Shown: positions 30,301 through 41,287, counted from the first letter of the stretch. The stretch is DNA of 64,000 bases from a virus (IMGVR_UViG_3300042450_000799:11872-75871); one strand, 5' to 3'. A program made the numbers and translations. The notes: generated from the sequence alone by a model not told the origin.

Positions 30301-33300
30301 TCATACATCGCTTGATTAGAATTAACCTCAAACTCTAATTTACCGTCCTTAAAACATTCATTTTTTGTTTGATTTAATAGTGATCCTTGGGATGGCATCA
30401 AATAAGTGTATTTTGTGTCAGGTGTATCAACACTAACCGACCAAGGTATAACCCTTAAATCTCTTAATGGTATCGCTGGGTCAAATCCCTCAGCAAAATC
30501 AATAATCGCACTATCGACATAATTAATTGAAACCCCAGAAGTTATCCCCGATTGTATATCACTATCAGTATATCCCGAGAAAACTTCATATCCTTGACAG
30601 AATACGTTAAAGTCATTTATCAATTTAGGGTAAAACCCTGTATTAATTAATGTTGAAACCTCAGCCCCAATAGTCGTATCTTTTTGTAACACAATATCAA
30701 TTGGTGCTCCATTAATTATCAAACCGTAATTTCTAGAATTGGAACTTGTTACTGGGTCAAAATTAGTCGTATAACTAAACCCCGACCAAGATGTATCTAA
30801 AATATCAACATTTTTCTCAACATATGTTTTATACCTATGCCAAATAGAACCAAATTTCAAAACCCAAGCATATGGCATTTTATGAACAGCCCCAAACTTT
30901 TTAAGTGCTGCAAAAACATAATCTAAGTCGGTCTCGGTTGTACCATCAGATGTTTTAAATTTTTCTCTAAGAGTTGTTAATGGTAAACTATTAATGAAAA
31001 GATATGATGATGCGATAAACGGATTTTCATCACTGTTTCTAAAATTCTTAATCCCTTGTTGAATTGAATTAATAAAATACGGTGTGTTAAATATTGATGT
31101 TGTTTGGGTATCTGTAACACCACCACTATAATTAAAATATCTAACATTACCTTCAGTAACCAATTGAGATTTAAAATCCCTACCTTGATACCAAGTTTTT
31201 AAATCAGTTGTACTATCCACGTTTGGTGTTTGCCCCAATAAATAAACAAAATTAGTAATAGGTCGATTACTGTTCGGTATCGTTGGGTTATCAAAACTTG
31301 TAATCAATTTAAGATCCGAGTTATATTTTAAAACTTTTGTAGTATTAAAAGAACTGTTAGCATCCAAAATAGTAGTCCCATTTGCTAAGTATGTCTTATC
31401 CCAATCTTTATTAGTAAAGGGAAATAAATCAGCCAAATCAAATTTATTTGATGTTGTTGACCCCATAATATATTCTGACATGGCAACCTCATTTGGTAAT
31501 GAAATTAACGGTTTTGATTCTGAACTGTTTAAAATATCTGAACTAATAATTTCAAAACCACCAGTTGTAATTATATTCTTAACATACGTAGTGTTAAAAA
31601 TCCCTCTAATATAATTTTGCCAACTTTCACCCACACCACTATTTGAAAACTGTCTTAGAATCGTTGTAAAGTTAGTTGAATTAAACCCATATTCCCTTAA
31701 TTTTTGAATTATAAAAGGATTATCATTTGTTAAACTTTTAACAATGTTGTTATTTTCAGAATCCGCAATTAAATTAATAATTTTATCAGCATCCGATACC
31801 GAAACATTACTTCTAGAAAGTCTTGAGTAATGTGATATTAACATAACCCTTTCATAAATTTCATAAAAGTATTTAACTTCTTCTTTATTCCCATATACCC
31901 AATTACCAATTGGGAATTCAATCGCATCTAAAGAAACTCTTTGAGGTTGGGTTGATTCATTAGTATTAGCCGTAGGATCTGAAGGTGGTAAAGTTCGTTC
32001 AGTAAATCCTTTTATAAATTCCTCAACAAACTCAACTTCAGGCCAAACATCAAACAAATATCCTTTAGTTCTACTAGATATTTTTGGATCTCCAGGATAA
32101 GCAATTTCATATTTTTCTCGACCATTATCCCCCGAAGTTTCAACGATTAATTGAGGCCATGGATAGACGGGCTCAGTAGAATTTTCACCTGACGAAAGAT
32201 TATCTGAAGACGCACCAGCGATTTGTTTATCAAAAATAACATCTTTTCTATATTTATTGTCTCTTTGTTCCCACGCACTAGTGTGAACATCATCCATTAA
32301 TCTTAAAAAAGCTTCAGCATTTGCAAAAAGAACTGCAAGGACATTTCTAATGTTTGGTACAAACCCAATACCACTAGTTTTACTTTGTAATAAAGTAGAT
32401 AAGGCATTTGTTAAATCAATTTCTATTTGTTGTGATTTTTCTGTTAATGTTTTAGATAAAGCATCAATTTTATCTGAAAATCTTTTGTCCCCTTCGAACG
32501 CATAATAATAAACAATTTTCCTTTCTTTACCATCACGGGTAATCGATTTTCCCGAATTAAACGTATTATTCCTATCTAACTCAACCTGTAAGTCAGCCTC
32601 AGAGATCAACGGTGTTTTCCCATTGTTTCGTTCATTAAGAGTTTTCGTTAAATCAATATCGTCAGACGCCACTTCAATTGAAAAATCTTTATAACTAATA
32701 TCAGAGACTATTTGACAAGGAATTGGTTTATTATCAATAGTATAACTACCCCCAGCACCTTTATGTCCATTAGGTCCAAAAGTGTCATTGTCATTTAATA
32801 ATTTATTCTTTTCTGATATAATGTTATTTAATTTTGATATTGCTTCATTTTGTAACGTCAGTGTATTAATTTCGGGTTTAAAGGTGTAAATTTGAGTATT
32901 ACTCCCTTTCAATACGAAATAATTTTTTTTATCCATGTACGTATTAAACCAAGATGTTTTATAAGCATCAAGAACCTCTTTTCGATATGATTCCAATATC
33001 CCTCGATAAGTATCAATATCCGTTAATGGGTCTAAATTTTGTTTACTAAATGTATCTAAAACATTCTTAATAAAATTTTCAATTCTATTCTGCATTTGGA
33101 CGAGAGTAATCTCAGGAAAATCATCAGGTATTAGACCTTTTGTTTTATATTCACTATACATCTCTCTAACCTTCTGATACCCCCTTTCATAAACAGTATC
33201 CTCAACATTTGAGAATTGACTAGCATTACCACTCGTTGTTTGTATTTTAACTCTCGATTTATACATGTGAGGAGTCGCCAATAAATATCCCATTGACACC

Positions 33301-34019
33301 TCACGTAAAACACTATACTTATATGTAATAAATTCTAACGACACATCAAAATTACCTGAACTTGTGTTATATCTTGTGTTAAAACTTTGTAACATTACCG
33401 GTAGTCGAACCGCCTTACCATAATACCCTTTTATTGTTAGATAAAATAATGGATACGGTAAATTGAAGAATGATGCATATGGGGAATTATCCCCACCCTC
33501 AAATAATGCCCTCCCTTTTATATCCACCATTTGAATTGAAATAGTTGATGTAAAAGAAGTGTTTTGTTTAATCCTTATGTCAGTAATACCTAATAACCCA
33601 TTATCTGTAGACCCTGGTTTACCCCCTGAATTAATAGTTTGTCTAATATAAAAATCTTTATCGTTTTTTGGGTTGGTTACAGATTTTTGGTTTGGTTGAT
33701 TCACACCCTTTCCCTGAATAGTGTCCTTACCAGTAAACTCATCAGTATATTCATTATCTAAAAAGTTTTTACCACCCGGGTTTAAAAAATTCATTGTTGC
33801 CACCGAGATAGTCTGAATATTATCATTACTAGCAGTACCAACAGATAACTTAGTTCTTGGAATTACTCGACATTCTAAATTAGCATACATAACTAAATCT
33901 TCTTGTCTTACGTGTCGTTCTGACGCAACCCCATGTTCATCCATAAGTTTATTCGGGTCAACTATTATAATGTTGTTGTAGTCGAGTTCGACCAATATAT
34001 TCTCAGGTTTATCTGCCAT
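27360..34019 (-). CDS. Giant baseplate hub protein (gp27/GPD-like) with putative C-terminal glucosaminidase-like domain
   Basis: 2219 aa; hub-like CQINMMGNAMMQP...SGPYMILSVDHYITPGNFDTYITG; C-terminal AALYLESG...YNFAGI resembles GH73; follows the gp53/LysM-like gene. Confidence 0.6.
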   Translation of the reverse strand: MADKPENILVELDYNNIIIVDPNKLMDEHGVASERHVRQEDLVMYANLECRVIPRTKLSVGTASNDNIQTISVATMNFLNPGGKNFLDNEYTDEFTGKDTIQGKGVNQPNQKSVTNPKNDKDFYIRQTINSGGKPGSTDNGLLGITDIRIKQNTSFTSTISIQMVDIKGRALFEGGDNSPYASFFNLPYPLFYLTIKGYYGKAVRLPVMLQSFNTRYNTSSGNFDVSLEFITYKYSVLREVSMGYLLATPHMYKSRVKIQTTSGNASQFSNVEDTVYERGYQKVREMYSEYKTKGLIPDDFPEITLVQMQNRIENFIKNVLDTFSKQNLDPLTDIDTYRGILESYRKEVLDAYKTSWFNTYMDKKNYFVLKGSNTQIYTFKPEINTLTLQNEAISKLNNIISEKNKLLNDNDTFGPNGHKGAGGSYTIDNKPIPCQIVSDISYKDFSIEVASDDIDLTKTLNERNNGKTPLISEADLQVELDRNNTFNSGKSITRDGKERKIVYYYAFEGDKRFSDKIDALSKTLTEKSQQIEIDLTNALSTLLQSKTSGIGFVPNIRNVLAVLFANAEAFLRLMDDVHTSAWEQRDNKYRKDVIFDKQIAGASSDNLSSGENSTEPVYPWPQLIVETSGDNGREKYEIAYPGDPKISSRTKGYLFDVWPEVEFVEEFIKGFTERTLPPSDPTANTNESTQPQRVSLDAIEFPIGNWVYGNKEEVKYFYEIYERVMLISHYSRLSRSNVSVSDADKIINLIADSENNNIVKSLTNDNPFIIQKLREYGFNSTNFTTILRQFSNSGVGESWQNYIRGIFNTTYVKNIITTGGFEIISSDILNSSESKPLISLPNEVAMSEYIMGSTTSNKFDLADLFPFTNKDWDKTYLANGTTILDANSSFNTTKVLKYNSDLKLITSFDNPTIPNSNRPITNFVYLLGQTPNVDSTTDLKTWYQGRDFKSQLVTEGNVRYFNYSGGVTDTQTTSIFNTPYFINSIQQGIKNFRNSDENPFIASSYLFINSLPLTTLREKFKTSDGTTETDLDYVFAALKKFGAVHKMPYAWVLKFGSIWHRYKTYVEKNVDILDTSWSGFSYTTNFDPVTSSNSRNYGLIINGAPIDIVLQKDTTIGAEVSTLINTGFYPKLINDFNVFCQGYEVFSGYTDSDIQSGITSGVSINYVDSAIIDFAEGFDPAIPLRDLRVIPWSVSVDTPDTKYTYLMPSQGSLLNQTKNECFKDGKLEFEVNSNQAMYDGSVRLFWSAPNYGYYDNSKVTKPSPFEYMKHIFSGQSQQENFSINGVASDYTKMSEVLSVFEKEVLDGFETEFLNFSRSMYDYTPGSTGDSGTETEQTFKNFQMLFRSLLKVPKITGDTGSIVIGEIQDYQTTNVTNILRQFLNYDVVFKYGNPSLYDKRLFYTFSTLQLVDPYTWEDYTVMTPNAVPTNGGGVSFATSKINYPNEWASLYTYVGFSEIPELVYGDNGSYITDFFVDLNVAFTVDNIKLFATVIKIYATQKLNQFQSNPILPPDAPITSPSQVISTTSLLSGDTVTVRKVGSQKTAYLSNSAGIILYEGLPLGGPPTTGITQSLIDEAIIAVFGSLATTPTQPQYIVNTVFVPQDEYPLVPNPGSNEGKGAFYQAMTNYLLDIDSFQNKIIDSLMPKLQASLPTTTIGAEGQVDSDLEGDQTKVELWETFKALNDKWVSGYDFKTKTLFEDVLLLDRASRDIGDKILVDVYQLKDRLMNTNAKMSMLTVAQSILTDNHFVVMNIPSYVNFYNVQDAVKNPTPKIEGTAEFANTLFGTFLDVDYRDSTSKLVCLYAGKPSGQLEMKNNVDYRYRNDAFDLRRASDNPLVENQVGKKDWALSNKVVGFNVDIGPQNQQIFKSFQVDQSAGLATAEGLEVLNQLANSGGARKESTQNTSLYNLYKNRSYSCQINMMGNAMMQPTMYFNLRNVPMFSGPYMILSVDHYITPGNFDTYITGVRQPVVALPKVDAYLQSLRTNLLQTIIKKNKETKKTKDAKGNVISQKDKVVSNANGGKELVEPQTCVPNSKYSGYVAITPTNRKVTFTEAKKMIKNLMASGGIPDDGKLKYAVFAALYLESGTSTGLEAYEYNFAGIDLSNFWGEGSSSQFNSNKQFFCLKSETTMLPYAVFDDLANTIKLLLERWNNRMFNVASSSEKDIAKFWILNMGANILPDNVYTGMGSTQLTSIEDKVKKSIDIWNAVPTTTTTTTP

Positions 34020-34332
34020 AATAGAAGAAATGATTGTCTAATTGATTTTTATAGTCCTGTAGAGAAGCTACTAAAGGAAATGGAATTGTCAAGATAGAAC
34101 CGTCAGGAATATTCCATTCTTGTCCACCATATGTTGGATTACCTTGCATAATTAACCACCCAAATGTTGGAGAACCATAATATTGTTGAGAAACCTTATC
34201 CATTCTTGATTGCCCAACCTTGTAAATATATCTTTTGTCAGTCGACTTACTAGGTAATGTTATATATGGAACAACTGTTTGTTTTCCATCAAGAATAAAA
34301 TTACTATATCTGTTATAATTTTGTTTTGCCAT
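34009..34332 (-). CDS. LysM-like baseplate wedge protein (T4 gp53 / P2 gpX-like)
   Basis: YKVGQSRMDKVSQQYYGSPTFGWLIMQGNP...GSILTIP. Confidence 0.85.
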   Translation of the reverse strand: MAKQNYNRYSNFILDGKQTVVPYITLPSKSTDKRYIYKVGQSRMDKVSQQYYGSPTFGWLIMQGNPTYGGQEWNIPDGSILTIPFPLVASLQDYKNQLDNHFFYYGR

Positions 34333-34334
34333 GA

Positions 34335-37300
34335 TTAATCAAATTTAATTTTTCCATCGAATGTATCTTTTTCTAAAGGTGGTACATTAACTGTCCTATA
34401 AAGATTTTGAATATTTGTTTTTTGATCCTTCTCTGTTGCCGGATCAGCTACTGTTGTGTAATTAAATTTCCTTGTTTTACCTTTAGGGTACATCTTTTTT
34501 TCTAAACCATTAGTAAATGAGGTGTATAACTTATTAGTTTTAAATTTATCAAATTTTTTCTCTTCTTTTTTAATTTCTTTCGAATATCGTTTCTCAATAT
34601 CATCAGTTATATCGTCAAATTTTTTCAGTAATTTAACAGGGTCTTTAACATCAACCAATTCACCTTTAATTACATATTTTTTAAATTCCTCCAATTTATT
34701 TTTATCATTAAAAATTCTTGAGATCACTAAGAAGAATCGTTTGTCCTCAATACTTTTAAAGGATCCTTCATCAATCTCAGTAAAATCCCCTTCCCTATAT
34801 AATGATGTTTTACTAACGATTCTTTCGGTATCTAACAAATCACTAAAATCTTTTAAAGCATCCCTTAAAGAAATGTAATCAAGTCTTAACTCATCATAAG
34901 TATCAGTAGGTACCACATTAGGGTTGTTACTTAAATCACTAATTGGGTTAGTTCCTTTTATATTATAAACCCTAGGAGTCCCCGCATCTAAAAGTTTACC
35001 ATCTGTTTTAGAATTAATTAAATTTAATTTTCGTATATTTTGAACATACGATTGTTGTAAAATAGTTAATTCTTGAGTTATTGTTGTTATTTCCGATGGA
35101 AATGTTGATGATAAACTCGTAATATAATCAATCATATTCTGTTTAACCTCTCTAAGAGTTGAACTACCCTCATCAAATTTTAGTTTTAATTCTGTAATAA
35201 TTGGATTATTATTATTATCGATATCTTCTATCACTTTTTTAAATAACGTTTCAAGTCTTTTTTCAACCCCTTCAGGTTTACCATATATTTCACCCTGAGG
35301 TGTAAGTATAACCGTTCCCGCCAAAATAGTTCCTCCTGTATATTGTCGAGAATCGTTAACTAATTGTTCAATACCATAATTAAAATTCACAGTTAATTTT
35401 TCCATTTGATTAACCACCGCTTCAAAATATGTTTTAGTATCAGTTAATAAACTATCCATAATTTTTTGATAACTAGTTTCTCCCGTTTGACCATTAGGTA
35501 CCGGAATATTAGTTACTATCTCACCTATTGTTGTCCCACCATTATTCGTAGCCGGATTTTTAACATCAGCAACAGTTGCTGGTGTTTGTGACGCCAATAT
35601 AGCATCAACGACACTTTTATCTAACGCTGATGTATCTTCAGTCCAAACAGACCTTTCATCATAAATCTCAGTATTTCCATAATAGTTAAACGATAAAGCG
35701 TTTTGTAATTGCTCAACAGGTTTTGCTAACCCCATACCACCAATAATATTAAAACTCAATGACACATTTGCAATCATTGGTTGTATACCAATACCCTCAG
35801 GGTTTAAGTCAAATATTAAAGGTTCATAACCAAACGTTAATGCCGTTGGAATAATTTTACTATTAATAAAATCCCCCAATCTTAATATTAAAACAGGCGG
35901 AGCCCCAAATGAGGTGTTAACCGCATCATTATATTTTGGTTTACCATCAGTTCCAATTGAAGGAATAGTGTCACCAGGTCTAACACATTGATTTAAGAAC
36001 GTTAGACGAGCGTTTAAACCTTCAGGTGTTGTTGAGTGAAACGCTGGGTTAAAGTATTTAATCTTCTCTTTAAAAGAGTCATATACCATTGGGTTTTCTT
36101 CTTTAATAACATCAAAATAATCACATTCAGATAAGATACCTCTTAATATTTTTTTACTAATACCCTCTTTAATTTTCTTAATAGTGTCAACCGTTGGTAA
36201 AGGTTTTGGTACGTCGACATTTACTGTCTTAACCTCCTTAATAACCTCAGGGGTTTTAGTTTCACTTTCACTTTTATCAGGAAGTACAACATCAATTGTT
36301 TTAACTCTAACTCGTCTACAAGCCATCGCACTAACCGAATATTTTTGTGAATCAGCCGTTACTTTACCATTTTGATCTTTTTGATTAACTCTACAATCAA
36401 CTTCCGATCCAGTAGTTGTCCCTGATGTCGATACGGGTGTTGTATCTGACCCTTGTTCAAGGTACGCTTTAGGAATGACAGTCTCCTCACCCGTACCAGG
36501 TTCAGTTTTAATAATAAATCTAACATTACTTCCTGTCATAAAAGACCCCAATGAGTTTGTTCCATCAGAATAACTTTTAAAGAACTTACTAATAGAATCA
36601 ATCCTCCTTTCAGACAAAGCTTTATTATAATCAACTGATGCAACCGCTGACGCAGAGCCTTCCAATGTAACACTAATCGTTGCTTTAGGATTATCGGTCA
36701 ATAGTTTAACCGCATCTTTCACAAACCCTTTACTAAAAACTGTAAAGTTTCCTGTCACAACACGATCAAAGAACTCCTGTACATTCACATCTGAACTACC
36801 TGAATTAAACGTACCTTTCGCTTTACTCACATATTTTTTAATATTTGACGGACTCGTATATGTATTATAGGTATTTTGATAAGGATCCGTTGTTGTGGTA
36901 TTAGGACTTTTACCAGGAATATCATTTTCAAAATAGAATGCAAAATCCAAATATTTATTTTCAAATTCCGCCCCCGAAGTATCCTCAGTTGTCGCAACAA
37001 CGACATTTGTCTCAGGCCCCGCATCAGCCCCACTACCTTGTTTTGGTATTGACAGGTTAACACCAGCCAATTCCTCAGGGGTTAATTTAGGGTTATTCAA
37101 TATTTGTTGATACGTAAATAAATCAGCCGCAGGTATTGTGTTATATTTTTTAGCCAACTCATAGATATCAAATTTGACACATCCCGCAAAAAACGAATCC
37201 ATTATTGATGTTATCTTTTCTTTGTTTTGACCTTTCAATTGTTTTTCAGCAACAATATTCATCACCGATGGGTGATCAACAATCATTTTCCAAGTTAAAG

Positions 37301-39374
37301 TACCCGTTCTTGAGGTACTTTTATAAGTGTAAATTGGTTCGGGTCTACCTAAAAAATCAGTTCCTTGGAAATTTGGTGTGCTTGATTCGTTAAATTTAAT
37401 GTCGTATGGAGGAAACCACATAACCCTTCCTCCATTTGGGCCTTTCTCACATACAGGTAAATCATCATACGTAAATCCAGGTCTATTTGATGTTCTCCAA
37501 GCTAAATTTTCAATAGAAAACATATATTTTTTAGCATACCCACCTCTACCATTTTCCCCTCCAGAGACAATATTTGTTGACCCAGGATTTTTTAACGGGG
37601 CAATATTTAAATTGAACGTATTATCTAAAACAGAATTTGTAAATCTTCTTCCTGACGTTGTTATACCATCAGTCTTTTGTAAATCAGCATATGTGTAGTA
37701 TGGTGTATCTTTTGTAAAAATCCTACAATATTCTATACCCACTTCACCACCTGTTGTATTATCAGTATAGGAAACAACCTGAGAACCTTTAGTTATTTCT
37801 TTATATCCATCATGAAACACTTTACTAACTTGATTTATCGCATTACCAACATGTTTTAATCTCTTAATACCAGTAACATTATCCGCAGAATCAACAATTC
37901 TTTGTGTTTGATCAAGTATTGAAGTTTCTTTAAATGTAATATTCGTAGATTCATTTTTTAAATAATCCGAACTAATTTGATTAAATTGTTGATCTAACTC
38001 CCCTGAACCTCCACCCGGAGTTGCATGAAAACCAGCGTTTTCTTTATATTTAGGAGATACCCATATAAATTGACCATCAATACCACCTCCATCACTTGAT
38101 GATTTACCCGCTAAACCAAAATTTAGTTTAGTCTCATTACCTTCATAAAGAATCCCTAATTCTGAAGGCCCATAAACAGGTGTTTGTACTTGTTTACCAA
38201 ATGGGTCAACTGGCACTTGATTTGGGGGTGAAGCTATCGTTGAAGGGTCAGCGTTTTTACTACCCACATAATAACCACCAACAACAGTTCCATTATCGGG
38301 GTTAATTAGACTAACTGTTAAATTAACAATTGCTTGACCAACACCTAATAACCCACCATAACTTTTGTCATAATCAGGTTGAAATCTATTATAATTTATA
38401 TTCGCAAATAACGCAGATCTTTGACCATTACCTGTATTCGCTAAGAATATTTGGGATGGATTCCTTGTCTTATTTAAGATTGGTCCTAAAAATCCTCCCG
38501 TTAATTTATTAATGATATTTAAAGCCGATGATGTTTGTTTTGATTGACCACCATCAAGTTCACTTTGTTTAAAATAATCCCCAGGAATTGGTGATACAGG
38601 CCAATAAGCACCCGCCAATCTTGTCGCCAAGTCAACAGCCGCTAAAATAGGGTTTTCTGGTACTGTAATTCTCCAATTTTTATAAATTAAAGGTTGTTGT
38701 CCAGATACTAATAAACTAGCCTCAAAAGGATCTTGTAATGACTGTAAATTAACAGCGCCTACCGTATGTTGATAAATTTCAAACGCAACCCTCTCTAAAA
38801 ACAACCCTTTTAGGGTTTGAGCACCAAGTTTCGCTAGATATGAATCTTGAGATAACGATCCGTTAGACCCTGTTGGGCTATTTGACGATAATATCTCAAA
38901 TGGAGAATAAACTGATGGTGTAAAAGTAAAATAAGGTAGATGAAGTTTATTATTATTTTGAATATTATCAATAACCACCATATCTTTATACCCCCCTTCA
39001 GGCCCAAACGGATTTTCAATATAAGCAGCGTCAATAAAAAACTCATTAACCAAATCCAACGCTGTATCAGTTGGATTATACTCCCCTTGATTTGAATTAA
39101 CTGGTAATGGAGGGTTATTATATGTAATATTTAAATTATAACCACCATTTGGCCCATATGAATTTAATGGATATAGTAGTTGACCATATGGGTCATCATG
39201 AATTAACGTATCAGGAGAATCAATAACATTTGAAACCGTTTGGGATAATTCATAATTTAATGGTCCTGATGGTGGAGTATAAACTCCGGGTACAGAATAT
39301 TGAGCTAAATTTTTAGCCATTAAACTATTTCTGAAACTCGATGTTGATACAAATGATAAAGTACTCCCTGTCAT
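34335..39374 (-). CDS. Tail tube initiator/baseplate protein with inserted OmpA-like domain
   Basis: DIKFNESSTPNFQGTDFLGRPEPIYTYKSTSRTGTLTW (tube-initiator-like); TLEGSASA...YNKALSERR...CRRV (OmpA C-terminal-like); directly downstream of the tape measure gene. Confidence 0.65.
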   Translation of the reverse strand: MTGSTLSFVSTSSFRNSLMAKNLAQYSVPGVYTPPSGPLNYELSQTVSNVIDSPDTLIHDDPYGQLLYPLNSYGPNGGYNLNITYNNPPLPVNSNQGEYNPTDTALDLVNEFFIDAAYIENPFGPEGGYKDMVVIDNIQNNNKLHLPYFTFTPSVYSPFEILSSNSPTGSNGSLSQDSYLAKLGAQTLKGLFLERVAFEIYQHTVGAVNLQSLQDPFEASLLVSGQQPLIYKNWRITVPENPILAAVDLATRLAGAYWPVSPIPGDYFKQSELDGGQSKQTSSALNIINKLTGGFLGPILNKTRNPSQIFLANTGNGQRSALFANINYNRFQPDYDKSYGGLLGVGQAIVNLTVSLINPDNGTVVGGYYVGSKNADPSTIASPPNQVPVDPFGKQVQTPVYGPSELGILYEGNETKLNFGLAGKSSSDGGGIDGQFIWVSPKYKENAGFHATPGGGSGELDQQFNQISSDYLKNESTNITFKETSILDQTQRIVDSADNVTGIKRLKHVGNAINQVSKVFHDGYKEITKGSQVVSYTDNTTGGEVGIEYCRIFTKDTPYYTYADLQKTDGITTSGRRFTNSVLDNTFNLNIAPLKNPGSTNIVSGGENGRGGYAKKYMFSIENLAWRTSNRPGFTYDDLPVCEKGPNGGRVMWFPPYDIKFNESSTPNFQGTDFLGRPEPIYTYKSTSRTGTLTWKMIVDHPSVMNIVAEKQLKGQNKEKITSIMDSFFAGCVKFDIYELAKKYNTIPAADLFTYQQILNNPKLTPEELAGVNLSIPKQGSGADAGPETNVVVATTEDTSGAEFENKYLDFAFYFENDIPGKSPNTTTTDPYQNTYNTYTSPSNIKKYVSKAKGTFNSGSSDVNVQEFFDRVVTGNFTVFSKGFVKDAVKLLTDNPKATISVTLEGSASAVASVDYNKALSERRIDSISKFFKSYSDGTNSLGSFMTGSNVRFIIKTEPGTGEETVIPKAYLEQGSDTTPVSTSGTTTGSEVDCRVNQKDQNGKVTADSQKYSVSAMACRRVRVKTIDVVLPDKSESETKTPEVIKEVKTVNVDVPKPLPTVDTIKKIKEGISKKILRGILSECDYFDVIKEENPMVYDSFKEKIKYFNPAFHSTTPEGLNARLTFLNQCVRPGDTIPSIGTDGKPKYNDAVNTSFGAPPVLILRLGDFINSKIIPTALTFGYEPLIFDLNPEGIGIQPMIANVSLSFNIIGGMGLAKPVEQLQNALSFNYYGNTEIYDERSVWTEDTSALDKSVVDAILASQTPATVADVKNPATNNGGTTIGEIVTNIPVPNGQTGETSYQKIMDSLLTDTKTYFEAVVNQMEKLTVNFNYGIEQLVNDSRQYTGGTILAGTVILTPQGEIYGKPEGVEKRLETLFKKVIEDIDNNNNPIITELKLKFDEGSSTLREVKQNMIDYITSLSSTFPSEITTITQELTILQQSYVQNIRKLNLINSKTDGKLLDAGTPRVYNIKGTNPISDLSNNPNVVPTDTYDELRLDYISLRDALKDFSDLLDTERIVSKTSLYREGDFTEIDEGSFKSIEDKRFFLVISRIFNDKNKLEEFKKYVIKGELVDVKDPVKLLKKFDDITDDIEKRYSKEIKKEEKKFDKFKTNKLYTSFTNGLEKKMYPKGKTRKFNYTTVADPATEKDQKTNIQNLYRTVNVPPLEKDTFDGKIKFD

Positions 39375-39412
39375 GTTTTATGTTTTTCTATAAATAGAGT
39401 CAATCCCTATTT

Positions 39413-41287
39413 TTATACCACCCCTAGTTCAGAGAGAGCCTTCAAATTTTGTTGTTTCTGAATAGAATTTAATGGTGAAGTTCCTGAAACACCACTCAAT
39501 GCGTCTTGTAGAGATTTAATTAAAGTTTGCTTAATAGATGGGTCGTTAAGAGCTAAAGTTAATTGTGTTACATCCATATTCGTAGGTGCTTCAACCTTAA
39601 CGTTCAAATCAACTTTTACAGGTTCCACTTTTATTGTTGAATTTGAAGAGTTTCCATTTATAGATGATTGAGTATTATTAAGTGGTGTTATCAAAGGAGC
39701 ATTAACATTACTTCCCATTTTATTAACGGGTAACGATAAATCTATTTTCTGATCTTTCTCGATAAATGCTTTCCCTGATTCCGCAATTGTTGTAAAAAAT
39801 TTAAGTAATGGGTTTGTTGACTCACCCAAAGTTTTAATCGATTTAGCTGAATTATCTAACGCTTCTGTCCAAGCACCTTTAATAAATGTTTCAGAATTTT
39901 TAGCCGCTGTACCAAGAGCCTCAAGCATAGGCGTTCCTTTATTTACCGAATCTATGAAGGTGCTCAACATACCCCCAAACTGATTACCAAGACCTTTAGA
40001 TGTTAAAGACTCCCCACTAGTTATCTTTGTCACACCTTTTGTTACAAGTCTAGAAGCGTTTTCAGCATCTGTTACAATTTTTTGTCCCGCCATTCCTAAA
40101 CCAAATCTTGTTGATAAAGCTTCAAGATGTTTTTCCGATAACTTTGATGTCGTTAATTGATCTTCAGCAATATCAATTATTTCTTTTGGTTGACTCGCCT
40201 TAACTAACTCATTAAATGATTCCTCGCTGGTACCATACTTCTCGAGAGCAGCATTGATGTCCATCTCAGCACCATCAACCTTGATCATCATATCACCATT
40301 TTTACCCATTTCAGTAATGTTTGCTAACATTTCTTTTTGTTCTTTGGTCGCGAACTCTGGGAAAGATATTTTACTGAGTTTATCGTCCAATTCAGCACCA
40401 CCTAAAGCCATTTTAGTTATTTCACCATAACTAATATTTAATTCCTTACTTATCTCCATAAGTTGTCTTTTACCATCAGGTAAAATTTCAAAATGTCCGT
40501 CAGCATTTAATTTTGTAAATGATTTTGACATCTCAGCGATTTGATTTTGGAGTTCAGCAGGATCATTTTGAGCTAAATCCATTAATCTCAACGGATCCAA
40601 TAAATCTGATTGGGTAACTCCCAATCTTTGCATAGCGGATGCCATCTTAATAGCCTCCTCAGGGTTAAACAATTTATCAGCTAATTGAAAGGTCTCTTTC
40701 ATATCAACTCTTAAATTAACCGCTTGAGCCGCCATTTTTGATAACCCCTCAACACCACCTTGAAAATTGTACTTATTTAAAGAATCAAGGTTTGTAACAA
40801 CCGATAGTGAAACTGCTCGAGCATCAACCCCAATTAATCTTGCGGTATCCATAACTTTTTGCATTTGATTACTCACCTCATATAGTGAGAACCCTGCGTT
40901 TTTAAACCCATTAATAAGTGAACTATTAGCAACACCTGTAACTTGAGCTGTAGCATAAAGTTTTTCATAACTATCGGACGCTAAAATAACATTTCTACCT
41001 AACGCCTTTGACGATTCAAGTTGTAAATCTATAACATCTTTTTGAGTTCCACCTAATTGAACAACCTTTGTTACCGCATTAGCCAAACCTGACCTAATTT
41101 CGGTTATTTGTTCCCTACCTTGACCAAAAGCCTTAGCAACCTGTATTGCCCCGTCTTCTATTGAAGCAACAATTACCTTTATCTTTTCACCATCAAAATT
41201 ATCACTAAGAGCCTTTTGGTATTTACCTGTAATGCCTTGAACATACTTGTTAGCATCAGCTCCTAAAGGGTTTTCTTCATCAGCCAT
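39413..41287 (-). CDS. Tape measure protein
   Basis: 624 aa, Ala/Gln/Met-rich and helical; canonical position after the tail chaperone and before the tube initiator, LysM and hub genes. Confidence 0.7.
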   Translation of the reverse strand: MADEENPLGADANKYVQGITGKYQKALSDNFDGEKIKVIVASIEDGAIQVAKAFGQGREQITEIRSGLANAVTKVVQLGGTQKDVIDLQLESSKALGRNVILASDSYEKLYATAQVTGVANSSLINGFKNAGFSLYEVSNQMQKVMDTARLIGVDARAVSLSVVTNLDSLNKYNFQGGVEGLSKMAAQAVNLRVDMKETFQLADKLFNPEEAIKMASAMQRLGVTQSDLLDPLRLMDLAQNDPAELQNQIAEMSKSFTKLNADGHFEILPDGKRQLMEISKELNISYGEITKMALGGAELDDKLSKISFPEFATKEQKEMLANITEMGKNGDMMIKVDGAEMDINAALEKYGTSEESFNELVKASQPKEIIDIAEDQLTTSKLSEKHLEALSTRFGLGMAGQKIVTDAENASRLVTKGVTKITSGESLTSKGLGNQFGGMLSTFIDSVNKGTPMLEALGTAAKNSETFIKGAWTEALDNSAKSIKTLGESTNPLLKFFTTIAESGKAFIEKDQKIDLSLPVNKMGSNVNAPLITPLNNTQSSINGNSSNSTIKVEPVKVDLNVKVEAPTNMDVTQLTLALNDPSIKQTLIKSLQDALSGVSGTSPLNSIQKQQNLKALSELGVV

